Shown piece by piece: positions 28,494 through 38,289 of a stretch of 64,000 nucleotides of DNA. The notes under the pieces were generated by a model that did no database searches, was not told where the DNA came from, and saw nothing but the letters and a program-made list of their open reading frames with translations. The position numbers and the translations under genes are program-made. Origin of the DNA: an uncultured archaeon (GTDB lineage Archaea > Asgardarchaeota > Thorarchaeia > Thorarchaeales > Thorarchaeaceae); the NCBI GenBank assembly GCA_964631415.1, contig CAZVZC010000004.1:17658-81657 (forward strand), written 5' to 3'. Numbering within the stretch: the first letter of the stretch is position 1; each line of letters opens with the position of its first letter.

Positions 28494-29366
28494 ATGACCG
28501 ATTCCATGACATCCACTAAGACCATCATTCGTGCTCCAATGGCTGAAGAGAGAGAACGGTTCTACCAAGTCTACAACACCGGTCTGCCCAATGTCGATGA
28601 GATTGCTTTCGATCGATTCTCAAAATGGTGGGAAACAAGCACCAACAATGGGGACCTCGAGAAACTGTGGAGAGTAGCCGTCTTAGAACACCAAATCGTC
28701 GGGGTTGTGATTAACGCCGTTTTAGAACCACTGAGATGGGGCATGGTCTGGGAGTTGGCTGTACTTCCTAAACATCGAAACAAGGGCATAGGTTCCAGAC
28801 TCATTAAAGAGTCGGAGCGATTGCTCGTCAAGCACGGAGGAGAAATCACGCATTTTGCCATTGGTGTGAAGACCCACAACACGCGTGCCTTCTCTCTCTA
28901 TGAGAAGCTGGGCTACGGAGTGCAATTCTTGGTCCTTCGGTTGAGAGGCAAGGTCTGGAAGCCCGAGAAGACCCCATCAGTTTCGATTCACAATGCAGAT
29001 GTCCGACATGCCGGAAGACTGTCGCGCCTTGTTTCCAATGCCTACTGGAGTACCAGAACAAAGGACAGCTGGAGGAGGCTGATTCCCATGGGGGACTGGC
29101 ACGTGCTCACAACAAGAGAGGACTCGAAGATAGTTGGTGCCGTGAGCCTATCTGAGGATAAGAAGACCGGCAGCACCGAAGTGTCATTCAGCGCGAAACG
29201 CGGATTCGGTAACAGTGTGCTCGATGCTGCTTTGGACCTGGTGAAGACGAAGCAAATCGATCTCTGGCTACAGGACGATCACCAAGACATCCTCGAGTAT
29301 GTCTATCGGAGGGGGCTGAAGCGCGTCGACTCTGAGTATCTTCTGAAGAAACGCGTTGGCAAGTGA
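28494..29366 (+). CDS. GNAT acetyltransferase
   Basis: LAVLPKHRNKGIGSRL, NTRAFSLYEKLGY. Confidence 0.88.
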   Translation: MTDSMTSTKTIIRAPMAEERERFYQVYNTGLPNVDEIAFDRFSKWWETSTNNGDLEKLWRVAVLEHQIVGVVINAVLEPLRWGMVWELAVLPKHRNKGIGSRLIKESERLLVKHGGEITHFAIGVKTHNTRAFSLYEKLGYGVQFLVLRLRGKVWKPEKTPSVSIHNADVRHAGRLSRLVSNAYWSTRTKDSWRRLIPMGDWHVLTTREDSKIVGAVSLSEDKKTGSTEVSFSAKRGFGNSVLDAALDLVKTKQIDLWLQDDHQDILEYVYRRGLKRVDSEYLLKKRVGK

Positions 29367-31504
29367 ATTATGAGGTGATACTCGTGCCATTCCGCGACTT
29401 TCTCACCGTGATAAGACCGCTACTGGACCTGTACGATGAATGCGAATACGAGGACGCATCCATCATAGCCAAGAAGGAACTCGCTGCTGCAACCGACCAT
29501 GGACTGTCAGTCCTTCTGCAGGCACTGATGCTTCATTTCGAGGGCTACTCTAGGTGGGAGTCCTCATACGACTATGCGATGGCTAGGAACCTGTTGCGCC
29601 AAGCAGACGAGGTCATTGATGCGAGCGTCGATTCATGCCCAAGACTGGATCAGAAAGGACTGCGTTCGGTCAAGATACTCAATGGTGTCGTGACTTCGGC
29701 AATCGACCTTGAGAACGCTCTCATCTCGGCAGACCCACAATCGATGATGGAGTTGGCTAGCAGGGTGGAGAGTCTAGCTGAGAGTGGGCTTCAGCAATTG
29801 GAGGGTCTCGAGGAACAGAAGGGGGACTTCGTGGACTGGCTCCGATCACAGCTGAGAGTCTGGAAGCACTATGGGGCAGGAGTGGCCGCCTATGGCAGGG
29901 CAATGTCCGCACTAAGGACACCTAAGTTCAAAGAGGTATATCCTGAGTCGGAGAGAGTAATTCTCGCGAGCCTTGAGTTCCTCGACAATTATGGCGACGA
30001 AGACTCCTACACCGAACTCTCAAGCTACTACGCATTTCTGCAGCGCCATGCCGAGATGGCTGACAGACACCCAGAGTATCTGGTTCTCAAAAACAACGAA
30101 CTCACTTGGCTGTTCAGCTTCTGGGTTGAGGAGAAGTGCCTGAACACCATACTGGACAGGCTAATCGAAGACGGCCGCGGATTCATTGACCATATGGGCT
30201 CAGCGGGCATACACGCTGAAGCCGTGGATGAGGACTCTCTCAGCGACCTGTTTGAGACCGTGTTGGGAAAAGACCGGATGAAGAATGTGGTCATTCCATT
30301 GAAACCGGTCACCATGAGATTCAGAGGTAAGACCGTGTCATTGGCACTGTCTATCCGCCTGTACAGATATGCAGTTGGCAGCATCTATCTCAAAACGGAA
30401 GAGGATGAGATGACTGTTTCTGATTTACGAACTTATCTGACTTTCAATGGGCCTCAGTCGGCAGAGTATTCGATTGAGTGGGAAGACAGAGCATACAGAT
30501 ATCTGCCCGAGCTGGCCCTCGAAATTGTCGCAGCCCTGCAGGACACATTCAAGAAGATCGAACCGAGTGCGGTCGTCAGATTCGTCCCACATCTCAATTG
30601 GTACGCATATGCTCTGATTCGTCGTGGCATATGGGGCAGGAGCGACAGAGGAGAAACGGCACTCGCCCTCAATGAGGCCAGCGAGCACCCCGACTTCAGG
30701 GGTCTGCTAATAGGACAGATGGAGGCTCGTGCTGCCCTGAACGACTGGATTGCCAGAGACCCGCTTCGGTCCCGCAACCTGGCCCCGATACGCTCGCACA
30801 CAACGGACCTCTTGGTGACGACTGAGAATCATGGAATCCTCTCTTTCCCAGATGATCCTCATTGGGTGGTTGTGCAGTATCAGGAAACGATAGAAACAGT
30901 CGTACGTCTGCGCTGTCTGATCTCGACGCTCATAGAGATCGCAGGGGAGCTTCTGGACTCCTTTGTTGAAGAGACCGCCGATCTTGCAGGAGAACTTGAC
31001 AGCCTTGACGTTGATGTGGCCGAAAAGAGAATCGCAGAAACCCGCAGGCAGCTGTTGCCAGTGATTCACTTCGACACAATGGCGCACATGAACATCGAAC
31101 TCATCCGTGGCACTTTCACATCCCACTTTCGGGACCACGCAGAACTGCTCAGAGCCGTAATGGATGCTGTGAATGTCAATCCCATGGTTGAGTTTCTGGA
31201 ACGTAGACTAGGAATACTCTCTCATCATGAAACCCTCTTCTCCGAGATCGCGGCAGGGGTAGTGGAGAGAAGGGAGAAAGAGCAGGAGAAGATGGAGGCC
31301 AAACACGAAGAGCGACGGACTAGAGCGACTGAGCTGGTTGAGATATTCATATCTGTGCTGGCAATAGGCGAGATACTCGGCATGTTCTTTGGAGCCCTCA
31401 GGGGCGACCCCTTCTTGCTGGTCATTCTGCCGATACAGGAGTTCATTGTCTACGTCGCCACAATCATTGTGGTGTTCAGTCTGATCCTCTACATTCGTAG
31501 GTGA
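29363..31504 (+). CDS. large hypothetical protein: helical N-terminus plus divergent CorA-like C-terminus
   Basis: 713 aa; long helical stalk and two terminal TM helices, with GMF where CorA has GMN. Confidence 0.6.
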   Translation: MNYEVILVPFRDFLTVIRPLLDLYDECEYEDASIIAKKELAAATDHGLSVLLQALMLHFEGYSRWESSYDYAMARNLLRQADEVIDASVDSCPRLDQKGLRSVKILNGVVTSAIDLENALISADPQSMMELASRVESLAESGLQQLEGLEEQKGDFVDWLRSQLRVWKHYGAGVAAYGRAMSALRTPKFKEVYPESERVILASLEFLDNYGDEDSYTELSSYYAFLQRHAEMADRHPEYLVLKNNELTWLFSFWVEEKCLNTILDRLIEDGRGFIDHMGSAGIHAEAVDEDSLSDLFETVLGKDRMKNVVIPLKPVTMRFRGKTVSLALSIRLYRYAVGSIYLKTEEDEMTVSDLRTYLTFNGPQSAEYSIEWEDRAYRYLPELALEIVAALQDTFKKIEPSAVVRFVPHLNWYAYALIRRGIWGRSDRGETALALNEASEHPDFRGLLIGQMEARAALNDWIARDPLRSRNLAPIRSHTTDLLVTTENHGILSFPDDPHWVVVQYQETIETVVRLRCLISTLIEIAGELLDSFVEETADLAGELDSLDVDVAEKRIAETRRQLLPVIHFDTMAHMNIELIRGTFTSHFRDHAELLRAVMDAVNVNPMVEFLERRLGILSHHETLFSEIAAGVVERREKEQEKMEAKHEERRTRATELVEIFISVLAIGEILGMFFGALRGDPFLLVILPIQEFIVYVATIIVVFSLILYIRR

Positions 31505-31651
31505 AGCATCACCGGGGTCAGTAGTTCACTAATGATCTTGTGCACATGGGCGGCAGGAAGTGACCGTGAAACGGCCATGCCAAGGAGGAAGAATCTGTTC
31601 AGCCAATAGCGTAATTAGTCAGACTGGACCACGTGTAACACCAAACAGACC

Positions 31652-32386
31652 ATGACCGTCCAAGGGTTCTCTGCAAACGCTGAGCAGGCGTGGAATGAAC
31701 TCGAGTGGCTTGCCAGCGCTAGAGAGTTAATCCACTGGTCCAATACGACCAGTGCTGAAGAGCCCCTGATGCTAGTTGTCAGGCACTCCCACAGAGAAGT
31801 AATCGCCAGCTACGATGACATGATTGGCAGAGGACTGACCCCACTCGGGCACGCCATGGCCAAGGAGTTTGGCAGGCGATTGCCGCCGCGAAAGAACGTC
31901 CATATATTCCACAGCTATGTGCCGCGATGCCAAGAAACTGCTGAAGATATCGCAGAAGGTATTCATGACAGAGGCGGGCAAGTAGACTTGGTTGAGGCAT
32001 CAGACCTGCTCGTCGGCCCAATAGTGGTTGACCCTCAGTTGTGGCGGAAGCTGGGAAAGGATGGGATTTGGGTTCTCCAGTTCGTGAATGACTGGTCCAG
32101 AGGAGTGTTCACAGAGAGGCAGATTGAGCCTATTCAGGAGTTCAGGAGAAGGGTTGTTCGTGAGGTGATCGGGAAGCTCAGGATGGCTCCAACGGATTCG
32201 ATGCGCCTACATGTGACCCATGACCTGTTCCTAGTGGCCGCAAGAAGTTTGCTACGGACAGCTTCTGCCAGCCGTGAGAGGCCCGCTTACCTCGGGGGGT
32301 TCGGTGTTTTGCTAAAGCCCGACAAGCTTGTCATCTTTGACGCGGGAAGAAGCGAGGAGGTTTCAACCCCGGAGCAGGAGCAATAG
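31652..32386 (+). CDS. histidine phosphatase superfamily protein
   Basis: VVRHS, LTPLG, SYVPRCQETA, VTHD. Confidence 0.85.
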   Translation: MTVQGFSANAEQAWNELEWLASARELIHWSNTTSAEEPLMLVVRHSHREVIASYDDMIGRGLTPLGHAMAKEFGRRLPPRKNVHIFHSYVPRCQETAEDIAEGIHDRGGQVDLVEASDLLVGPIVVDPQLWRKLGKDGIWVLQFVNDWSRGVFTERQIEPIQEFRRRVVREVIGKLRMAPTDSMRLHVTHDLFLVAARSLLRTASASRERPAYLGGFGVLLKPDKLVIFDAGRSEEVSTPEQEQ

Positions 32387-32462
32387 GCACCATTCGTATA
32401 GTTCGGAAAGATGACCCAATGCTGTGCACAGGTTCTCGGCATGTCTTCGAAACCCTCGTGCA

Positions 32463-33410
32463 TCAATCAGGGGCGTGAAGACGTTCACCAAGCCACGACA
32501 GGAAGACATCGCCGTCTTCTGCGAATACAATCTCAAGATGTGATTCTTTCTTGAGGATGAACTCCGTGCTTGCATCATCGGGTTCCACATTTAAGACTCC
32601 CAAAGCACTCTTATATGGCACGCGATTGACAGCGACAGCCATCGCAAAACAGTCATGCGGGCAGGTGCCTATGATAGGCTCGTTAAAGAGCGCAGACCGA
32701 TAGCGCAGCCAGACATCTAACATCCTGCCTACAAGGCGAACATGAGGGACCTTTGTTTGACGAAAACGGTCTATGGCGCGCCCTTCCAGCCAGTATCGAC
32801 AGGTGGCATCATTTGTGACGACACGCATCGGAACACCTGACTGAAGGACTCGGCTTGCGGCTGCCATGTCACAGAGGATATTGTGCGAATGCCTAGCCCG
32901 ATAAGACTGGCCACTGAACAGTGTTGGTGGAAGGCTTTGGGGGTAGGTCAGACCCCCACCCATAAACACGATCTCCTTCAAATCGTCTATCAGATGGGGG
33001 CTGGACTCAAGCGCCTTAGCAACGTTTGTGAGAGCACCAAGTGCCACGAGTGTGACTTCCTTGGGATGGGTCATCACTTGGTCCATGATGAGACTCGTGG
33101 CATCATCAATAACGTTGAACTTGTCAAGCGGCGCTTCAATCTCGTCCTTTGTGAGGATACCTTCGCCTTCGGTACCTGCTGTCCAAACGGGCATGAGTGA
33201 CAGCATGGGTTCGGAAGCTCCCGCCGCCACCGGCGTGTTCAGCCCAGCTGCTGCTACAATCTTGCGTGCAATCTTTGCGCGTAGCTCAGTAGGTCCGTAT
33301 ACTGTTGTGATTCCTAGTATCTCCACATCTTTGAGATGAATCGCCAGCAACAGAGCCAAGGCATCATCAATGTCCGAACCAATGTCAGTGTCGATAAGAA
33401 CACGCTTCAT
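32463..33410 (-). CDS. nucleoside hydrolase (IUNH family)
   Basis: IDTDIGSDIDDALAL, LGALTNVA, MGGG, HD. Confidence 0.9.
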   Translation of the reverse strand: MKRVLIDTDIGSDIDDALALLLAIHLKDVEILGITTVYGPTELRAKIARKIVAAAGLNTPVAAGASEPMLSLMPVWTAGTEGEGILTKDEIEAPLDKFNVIDDATSLIMDQVMTHPKEVTLVALGALTNVAKALESSPHLIDDLKEIVFMGGGLTYPQSLPPTLFSGQSYRARHSHNILCDMAAASRVLQSGVPMRVVTNDATCRYWLEGRAIDRFRQTKVPHVRLVGRMLDVWLRYRSALFNEPIIGTCPHDCFAMAVAVNRVPYKSALGVLNVEPDDASTEFILKKESHLEIVFAEDGDVFLSWLGERLHAPD

Positions 33411-34114
33411 TCTCGCTCCACCCTCTGACACGAAGATCGATGCCGAGTTTCATGATGACCCGTATCATTCTGATGGACGGGATAGCCGTTATGATGTGCC
33501 GATAGAATGTCAGATCGCAGCAGAATCTCGACGCAGCAGAAACCGACTACAAGTATCGCCAATCCTACTATGAACCATACTTCTGGTGGGGTATTGGCTA
33601 TTCCATCTACGCACACTCCGAAAGTGCAGGAAACATCCTCAAAGAATGCAGCCGCCCCTGAGTCCACCCAACATACTACCACAAACTCTGCGACAGCCAA
33701 GAACATGTGACAACCATTGTTGGGCATATCATCATTTACGAAACTCACTTCGATTGACATGTTCTCCGCATGCCATGTCACCTGCGAATGCGAGTCCGGC
33801 TCGGCAGTGGCATTGCTGGTCGCAAAGACTACTCCGATGTGTTTCCTCCACAGCAGCTCGTGTGTCGGCCACCACTCTTCGACACGAACTGCAGCCAATG
33901 TTTCCGAAATCGAGGTGTTGTAGGACAAGGCAGACTGGTTGAAACCTGCTAGGTCCAAGACGACACTGAATCCGAAGCCTTTGACATTGCCTGTCGGGGT
34001 CGCATCACCACTCAAGGTATAGCTGCCCACAAGCATGCTCGATGGGACCGCCCCGACGGGTGAGCATGGAAGGCAGCACAGTGCGAGAACTAGGGGGATT
34101 GCAGTCTGATACAT
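33407..34114 (-). CDS. hypothetical exported protein with C-terminal TM
   Basis: Signal-like MYQTAIPLVLALCC and TM VWFIVGLAILVVGFCC; start uncertain. Confidence 0.5.
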   Translation of the reverse strand: MYQTAIPLVLALCCLPCSPVGAVPSSMLVGSYTLSGDATPTGNVKGFGFSVVLDLAGFNQSALSYNTSISETLAAVRVEEWWPTHELLWRKHIGVVFATSNATAEPDSHSQVTWHAENMSIEVSFVNDDMPNNGCHMFLAVAEFVVVCWVDSGAAAFFEDVSCTFGVCVDGIANTPPEVWFIVGLAILVVGFCCVEILLRSDILSAHHNGYPVHQNDTGHHETRHRSSCQRVERE

Positions 34115-34312
34115 GCGCAAGACGAACCACTCTCCAATGCACCCGAGCATCTGGTACTGAGCTAGGAGCTCGAAACGAACACGATTGCCCTTATGACATA
34201 CAGATGTAACACCGACCGCATATGTCTTTTGCAGGGAATGACCCCTCCTCGACACTGCGATGAGAGATTCCTAGGAAAAAGGATAAACCTGATGCGAAGT
34301 GAGCATGCAAAC

Positions 34313-35281
34313 ATGGAGTATGATGGTGTGAAACTGCTGAAACCCCCAAGGCTTGCTGCAGGGGACACAATCGGGATCGTCGCTCCGTCCCACCCGGTTG
34401 CGCCCTTTCAGGCAATGTACGACCAAGGAATAAAGAACCTGAGAAGCCTCGGCTTTCGGATCAAGGAGGGCAACACAGTCAAGCTTCAGCACGAAGGCTA
34501 CATGGCCGGCACGGACCAGCAAAGAGCCGATGACATCAACAGTATGTTTGCAGACGAAGAAGTGAAGGCGATAGTCTGCGCCCTCGGGGGACAAGTAGCC
34601 ATTCGAGCTCTGCGCTACTTGGACTTCAGTCTGATAAGGAGAAACCCCAAGATATTCTCTGGAATGAGTGACATATCGACATACCACATTGCCATGCTGG
34701 CGAAGACGGGTCTCAGTGGTCTCCACCAGAGCGATGTGACTTTCGCATTTGGGGGAGAGGTGCACAGCAACGACACTTACGAAAGAGATCTCTTTCTGAG
34801 AATAACAGAGAACCCAGAACCACTAGGCATCCTGCCAGCTCTCACGAGCTGGGATGTCTGGCGCGAGGGCTCTGCCAAGGGCAGGCTGTTTGGTGGAAAC
34901 ATGAATAGCATTCAATGCCTGCTCGGGACTCACTACGTTCCCAAGCTGACCGAGGATGTCATCTTCTTCTGGGAATCGATGACACAGCCTCTTAGCCACA
35001 TCGACCAGAAGTTGGCTCACTTCAGAGAGGCAGGCCTTTTCGACAGAGCTGTTGGAATGCTGATAGGCAAGATCAGGGGAGATGAGGGGGGTTCTGTGAA
35101 AGACATGACAGCTGAAGTGAAGCCGGTCGCTGTTGATATAGCTGAGGAGTTTGACGTTCCTGTCATTGCAGGCATGGACTTCGGTCACTATACACCCAAC
35201 CTGCCTCTACCCATGTGGCTCAAGGCGAGCATGGACACTGAGAACCCGACCGTACGCATTGAGGAGTCCTATGTCGTATGA
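34313..35281 (+). CDS. S66 family peptidase (LD-carboxypeptidase/MccF-like)
   Basis: GDTIGIVAPS, GMSDIS (Ser), GRLFGGN, FFWE (Glu), FGH (His). Confidence 0.92.
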   Translation: MEYDGVKLLKPPRLAAGDTIGIVAPSHPVAPFQAMYDQGIKNLRSLGFRIKEGNTVKLQHEGYMAGTDQQRADDINSMFADEEVKAIVCALGGQVAIRALRYLDFSLIRRNPKIFSGMSDISTYHIAMLAKTGLSGLHQSDVTFAFGGEVHSNDTYERDLFLRITENPEPLGILPALTSWDVWREGSAKGRLFGGNMNSIQCLLGTHYVPKLTEDVIFFWESMTQPLSHIDQKLAHFREAGLFDRAVGMLIGKIRGDEGGSVKDMTAEVKPVAVDIAEEFDVPVIAGMDFGHYTPNLPLPMWLKASMDTENPTVRIEESYVV

Positions 35282-35299
35282 AGGGGCCGTTTCCGGAAT

Positions 35300-35899
35300 C
35301 TACCAGGGTGTGGAACTGCCCATCCAGCCAAAGAGGAAAGCCCAGACCAGCTGTGTGCCAATCAGCAGGTTGACCAATGCGATGGCAGGACCAAGCGGCA
35401 CATCATGAAGCTTGTTGAAGGCGACAACATACAGATATCCCACCCAAAGACCAGAGATCAGTCCGAAGAAGGGGATCCACCCAAAGAGCAATACAGGCGC
35501 AGTTGCGTATGCTCCCACCTTGAATGAGTCCAGAAGTGTGCCGTGACCTCGTAGTATCTTGGCAAAGCCATGGAACAGGAGCCCTATGACAGGCAACTTC
35601 GCGATATTGCCAACGTATGTCAATAGAGCCACCCAGAAGTAGCGAGAGATGCCTGTTGACACGTCAAGCGAGGGAGCAGCCGCGTAAGCCCCCATCTGAG
35701 CGTTGGTCCCTGCATGGACTATGTCGCAGGGGACACCAAACCAGTTCACAACCGGAGTTAGTACTGCAATCACGATGTTAAGAATCAAGAACCAACGCAA
35801 GACCGGCCAGTAGCCCGGGACCGACTTCTCTTGAGCAAAGGCGGTATCGGGTCGCGAAATGAACTCCCATGACTTCCTGAAGTCCGGAGGGGCTCTCAT
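35300..35899 (-). CDS. Yip1-domain membrane protein
   Basis: P..AF N-terminus and HGFAKILRGHGTLLDSFKVGAYATAPVLLFGWIP. Confidence 0.75.
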   Translation of the reverse strand: MRAPPDFRKSWEFISRPDTAFAQEKSVPGYWPVLRWFLILNIVIAVLTPVVNWFGVPCDIVHAGTNAQMGAYAAAPSLDVSTGISRYFWVALLTYVGNIAKLPVIGLLFHGFAKILRGHGTLLDSFKVGAYATAPVLLFGWIPFFGLISGLWVGYLYVVAFNKLHDVPLGPAIALVNLLIGTQLVWAFLFGWMGSSTPW

Positions 35900-36181
35900 G
35901 GTACCACCACCCAACAACTCTTCCTGAGCTGAACAAGGCCAACTGACCATTTATGACCTTCGAACTGCGAGTTGTTTGCGCAGTTGTCAACTCTCTTCGT
36001 TATGGACCCCTTCTGTGATGTGCGACAGCTTTGTTGCTGCATCTCGTCCGTCATTCAACCATCTGATCGATTATCACCGATAAGGGTCCGGGCGGCATTG
36101 CTTTGGTAGGACTACTGGTAAGGATCACTCGATTATTCATGGTCAGTGATCGGATTTCCAGAAGAAGGAACACCAAGTTGT

Positions 36182-36952
36182 CTATGACCACATCGGAAAT
36201 GGTTGAAGGTCCTGTATGATTATCTGAAACAGCTCAGGGTAACTCAGTCCTATCAACACCGGTGTAAGAAAGAGAAGGACCACGCAGATGCCACCGAAGG
36301 CAATAGTTGCGTAATCGTTGCGCGTCCATTTCACCGGCATGTCCACGTCCGAAACAACCGTTTCTGTTTCGATTAGGCGCTCCTCTGGTACATGTGCCCG
36401 AAATGCGGTGGCCCACTCCTCTTCAACGCCATTATCCTCTGGCACATTGTCGCTCTTCTTGTCGTTTCTCTTTGCAATTGCAGTGGTCGTGGTCCGGGCG
36501 ACATCGTCAACAGACAACATGATTCCGCGTACTGCGCTCTCGTATGCTCCAATTCCTGCTCCACTACGAACACCAACCTGACTCACTCGTCCTACACGGG
36601 AAATGCCCCCGAGTCCAGCCATGCCAAACAGGACACCCAAGTATGCGCTCACTGCAAAGGAGAACGCGATAAACGACATGTCGAGCTTCAGGTTCCAGAA
36701 GGACCCACCAACTGCCTTCCTCAAACAATCTGGACAATGACTGTGTTGCCGTGCCAGCTCAAGCACAAAGTGAAAATCAACAATGACGACCAACCAGAAT
36801 AGGCTGACGAAAACGCTGAGGACTACCGCGAGAACGATATAGAGCACATTGAAGGCTCTGCTCTCATCGTGGCTGATCATCCAAATGTGGGCAGAGCTCA
36901 GACGCCCAGGGCTCAGCTTGAACACCAGTGGTGACCATGGCATCTTGCGCAT
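36182..36952 (-). CDS. hypothetical membrane protein
   Basis: 3 TM helices with an acidic loop; start uncertain. Confidence 0.55.
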   Translation of the reverse strand: MRKMPWSPLVFKLSPGRLSSAHIWMISHDESRAFNVLYIVLAVVLSVFVSLFWLVVIVDFHFVLELARQHSHCPDCLRKAVGGSFWNLKLDMSFIAFSFAVSAYLGVLFGMAGLGGISRVGRVSQVGVRSGAGIGAYESAVRGIMLSVDDVARTTTTAIAKRNDKKSDNVPEDNGVEEEWATAFRAHVPEERLIETETVVSDVDMPVKWTRNDYATIAFGGICVVLLFLTPVLIGLSYPELFQIIIQDLQPFPMWS

Positions 36953-37099
36953 TTAGACTATGTGGACACGACTTCGAACAGGAAGGCACAGTGCTCCTCC
37001 TGGCTGCTGACGTTCCGGTTTTCCTCTTCTTGGGTCTGGTCGTATTCCCCACAAGCTAGAAGAACCGCTTCGATCAATTCATTGTGGGTACATCATTGT

Positions 37100-38158
37100 T
37101 TGAGTAGTGAAGTCGCCCTTAGACGGTTCGATCCGAGAGTAATCCATGATGGCCTTCTTCAGAGAAATGAGGAAGAGGGTGCAAGGTGTCTGACCTGCAA
37201 CCATCGCTGCCTTATCCCAGATAGTGCAAGGGGCTTTTGCGGCACGAGAACGAATTTCAATGGCAGGGTGACCACGTTGTGTTTTGGCAACATTTCCTCG
37301 ATCAGCAATAACCCCATAGAGAAGAAGCCATTCTTCCACTTCGCCCCGGGAACGATGGCGCTCACTGTTGGAAGCTGGGGCTGCAATGCCACATGTGGTT
37401 TTTGTCAGAACTACGAGATATCGAAAAGACATCCGAGTCCTCAGATATCAAGGTACATGAGTCCAGAGGAGTTCGTCGAGCGGGCTATGATAGAAGGGAG
37501 CGAAGGAACATCAATCTCACTCAATGAGGCCGCCACGCTCATGCTCGAGTGGAACCTAGAGGTCTTCAGGAAAGCCCACAGCAAGGGTCTATACAACACA
37601 ATCGTCACGAATGGATACATGACCACAGAGGCGCTCGATCTCATGATTGACGCAGGTCTTGATGCAGCTAACGTCGATGTGAAGGGGTGTGCGGAAGGCG
37701 TCAAGAGAGTCTGCGGCCTTACAGTAGATCGAGTCTGGGACAATATCACCCATATGAGCAAGAGAGGAGTGCATGTTGAGCTGACCACTCTGGTCGTACC
37801 AGGACTGAGTGACGACAATGAGTGTCTTCAAGAAATCTCATCTCGCATAGTCAGTGACGTAGGTGCGGACACGCCTTGGCATGTGAACAGGTATTTCCCT
37901 CATTATCACTTCAGAGAACCGCAGACGCCGATTGAAACGCTCCTTGGTGCGAGAGAAGTAGGTAAGCATCAAGGTCTACAATATGTGTATGTAGGCAATC
38001 TGTGGCAGCAAGGACTGGAAGACACCATATGCCCGGCCTGCGGCCATGTCTGCTACGTGAGGATGGGGTTCCAATCAAACAATACAGGCACTGATTCTCA
38101 GGGAAAGTGTACTCAGTGCGGGCACAACTTGGGAATACGATACTGGTCAAGAAACTGA
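37100..38158 (+). CDS. amrS: AmmeMemoRadiSam system radical SAM enzyme
   Basis: CLTCNHRC, PIEKKPFFHFAPG, GCNATCGFCQN, GLQYVYVGN, C-terminal CPAC...CTQC. Confidence 0.9.
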   Translation: MSSEVALRRFDPRVIHDGLLQRNEEEGARCLTCNHRCLIPDSARGFCGTRTNFNGRVTTLCFGNISSISNNPIEKKPFFHFAPGTMALTVGSWGCNATCGFCQNYEISKRHPSPQISRYMSPEEFVERAMIEGSEGTSISLNEAATLMLEWNLEVFRKAHSKGLYNTIVTNGYMTTEALDLMIDAGLDAANVDVKGCAEGVKRVCGLTVDRVWDNITHMSKRGVHVELTTLVVPGLSDDNECLQEISSRIVSDVGADTPWHVNRYFPHYHFREPQTPIETLLGAREVGKHQGLQYVYVGNLWQQGLEDTICPACGHVCYVRMGFQSNNTGTDSQGKCTQCGHNLGIRYWSRN

Positions 38159-38289
38159 CTCGTGGACGTCGTCCATGGAAACCGCGTCAGAGGGAGGCCC
38201 TCGAAAGCCCAGATACAACGGATGGCACGAGCGAGGCTCCCATCGGCACGATAGGTTTCACGAGCAGGCGGGCCCATGCACCTTCGGTC

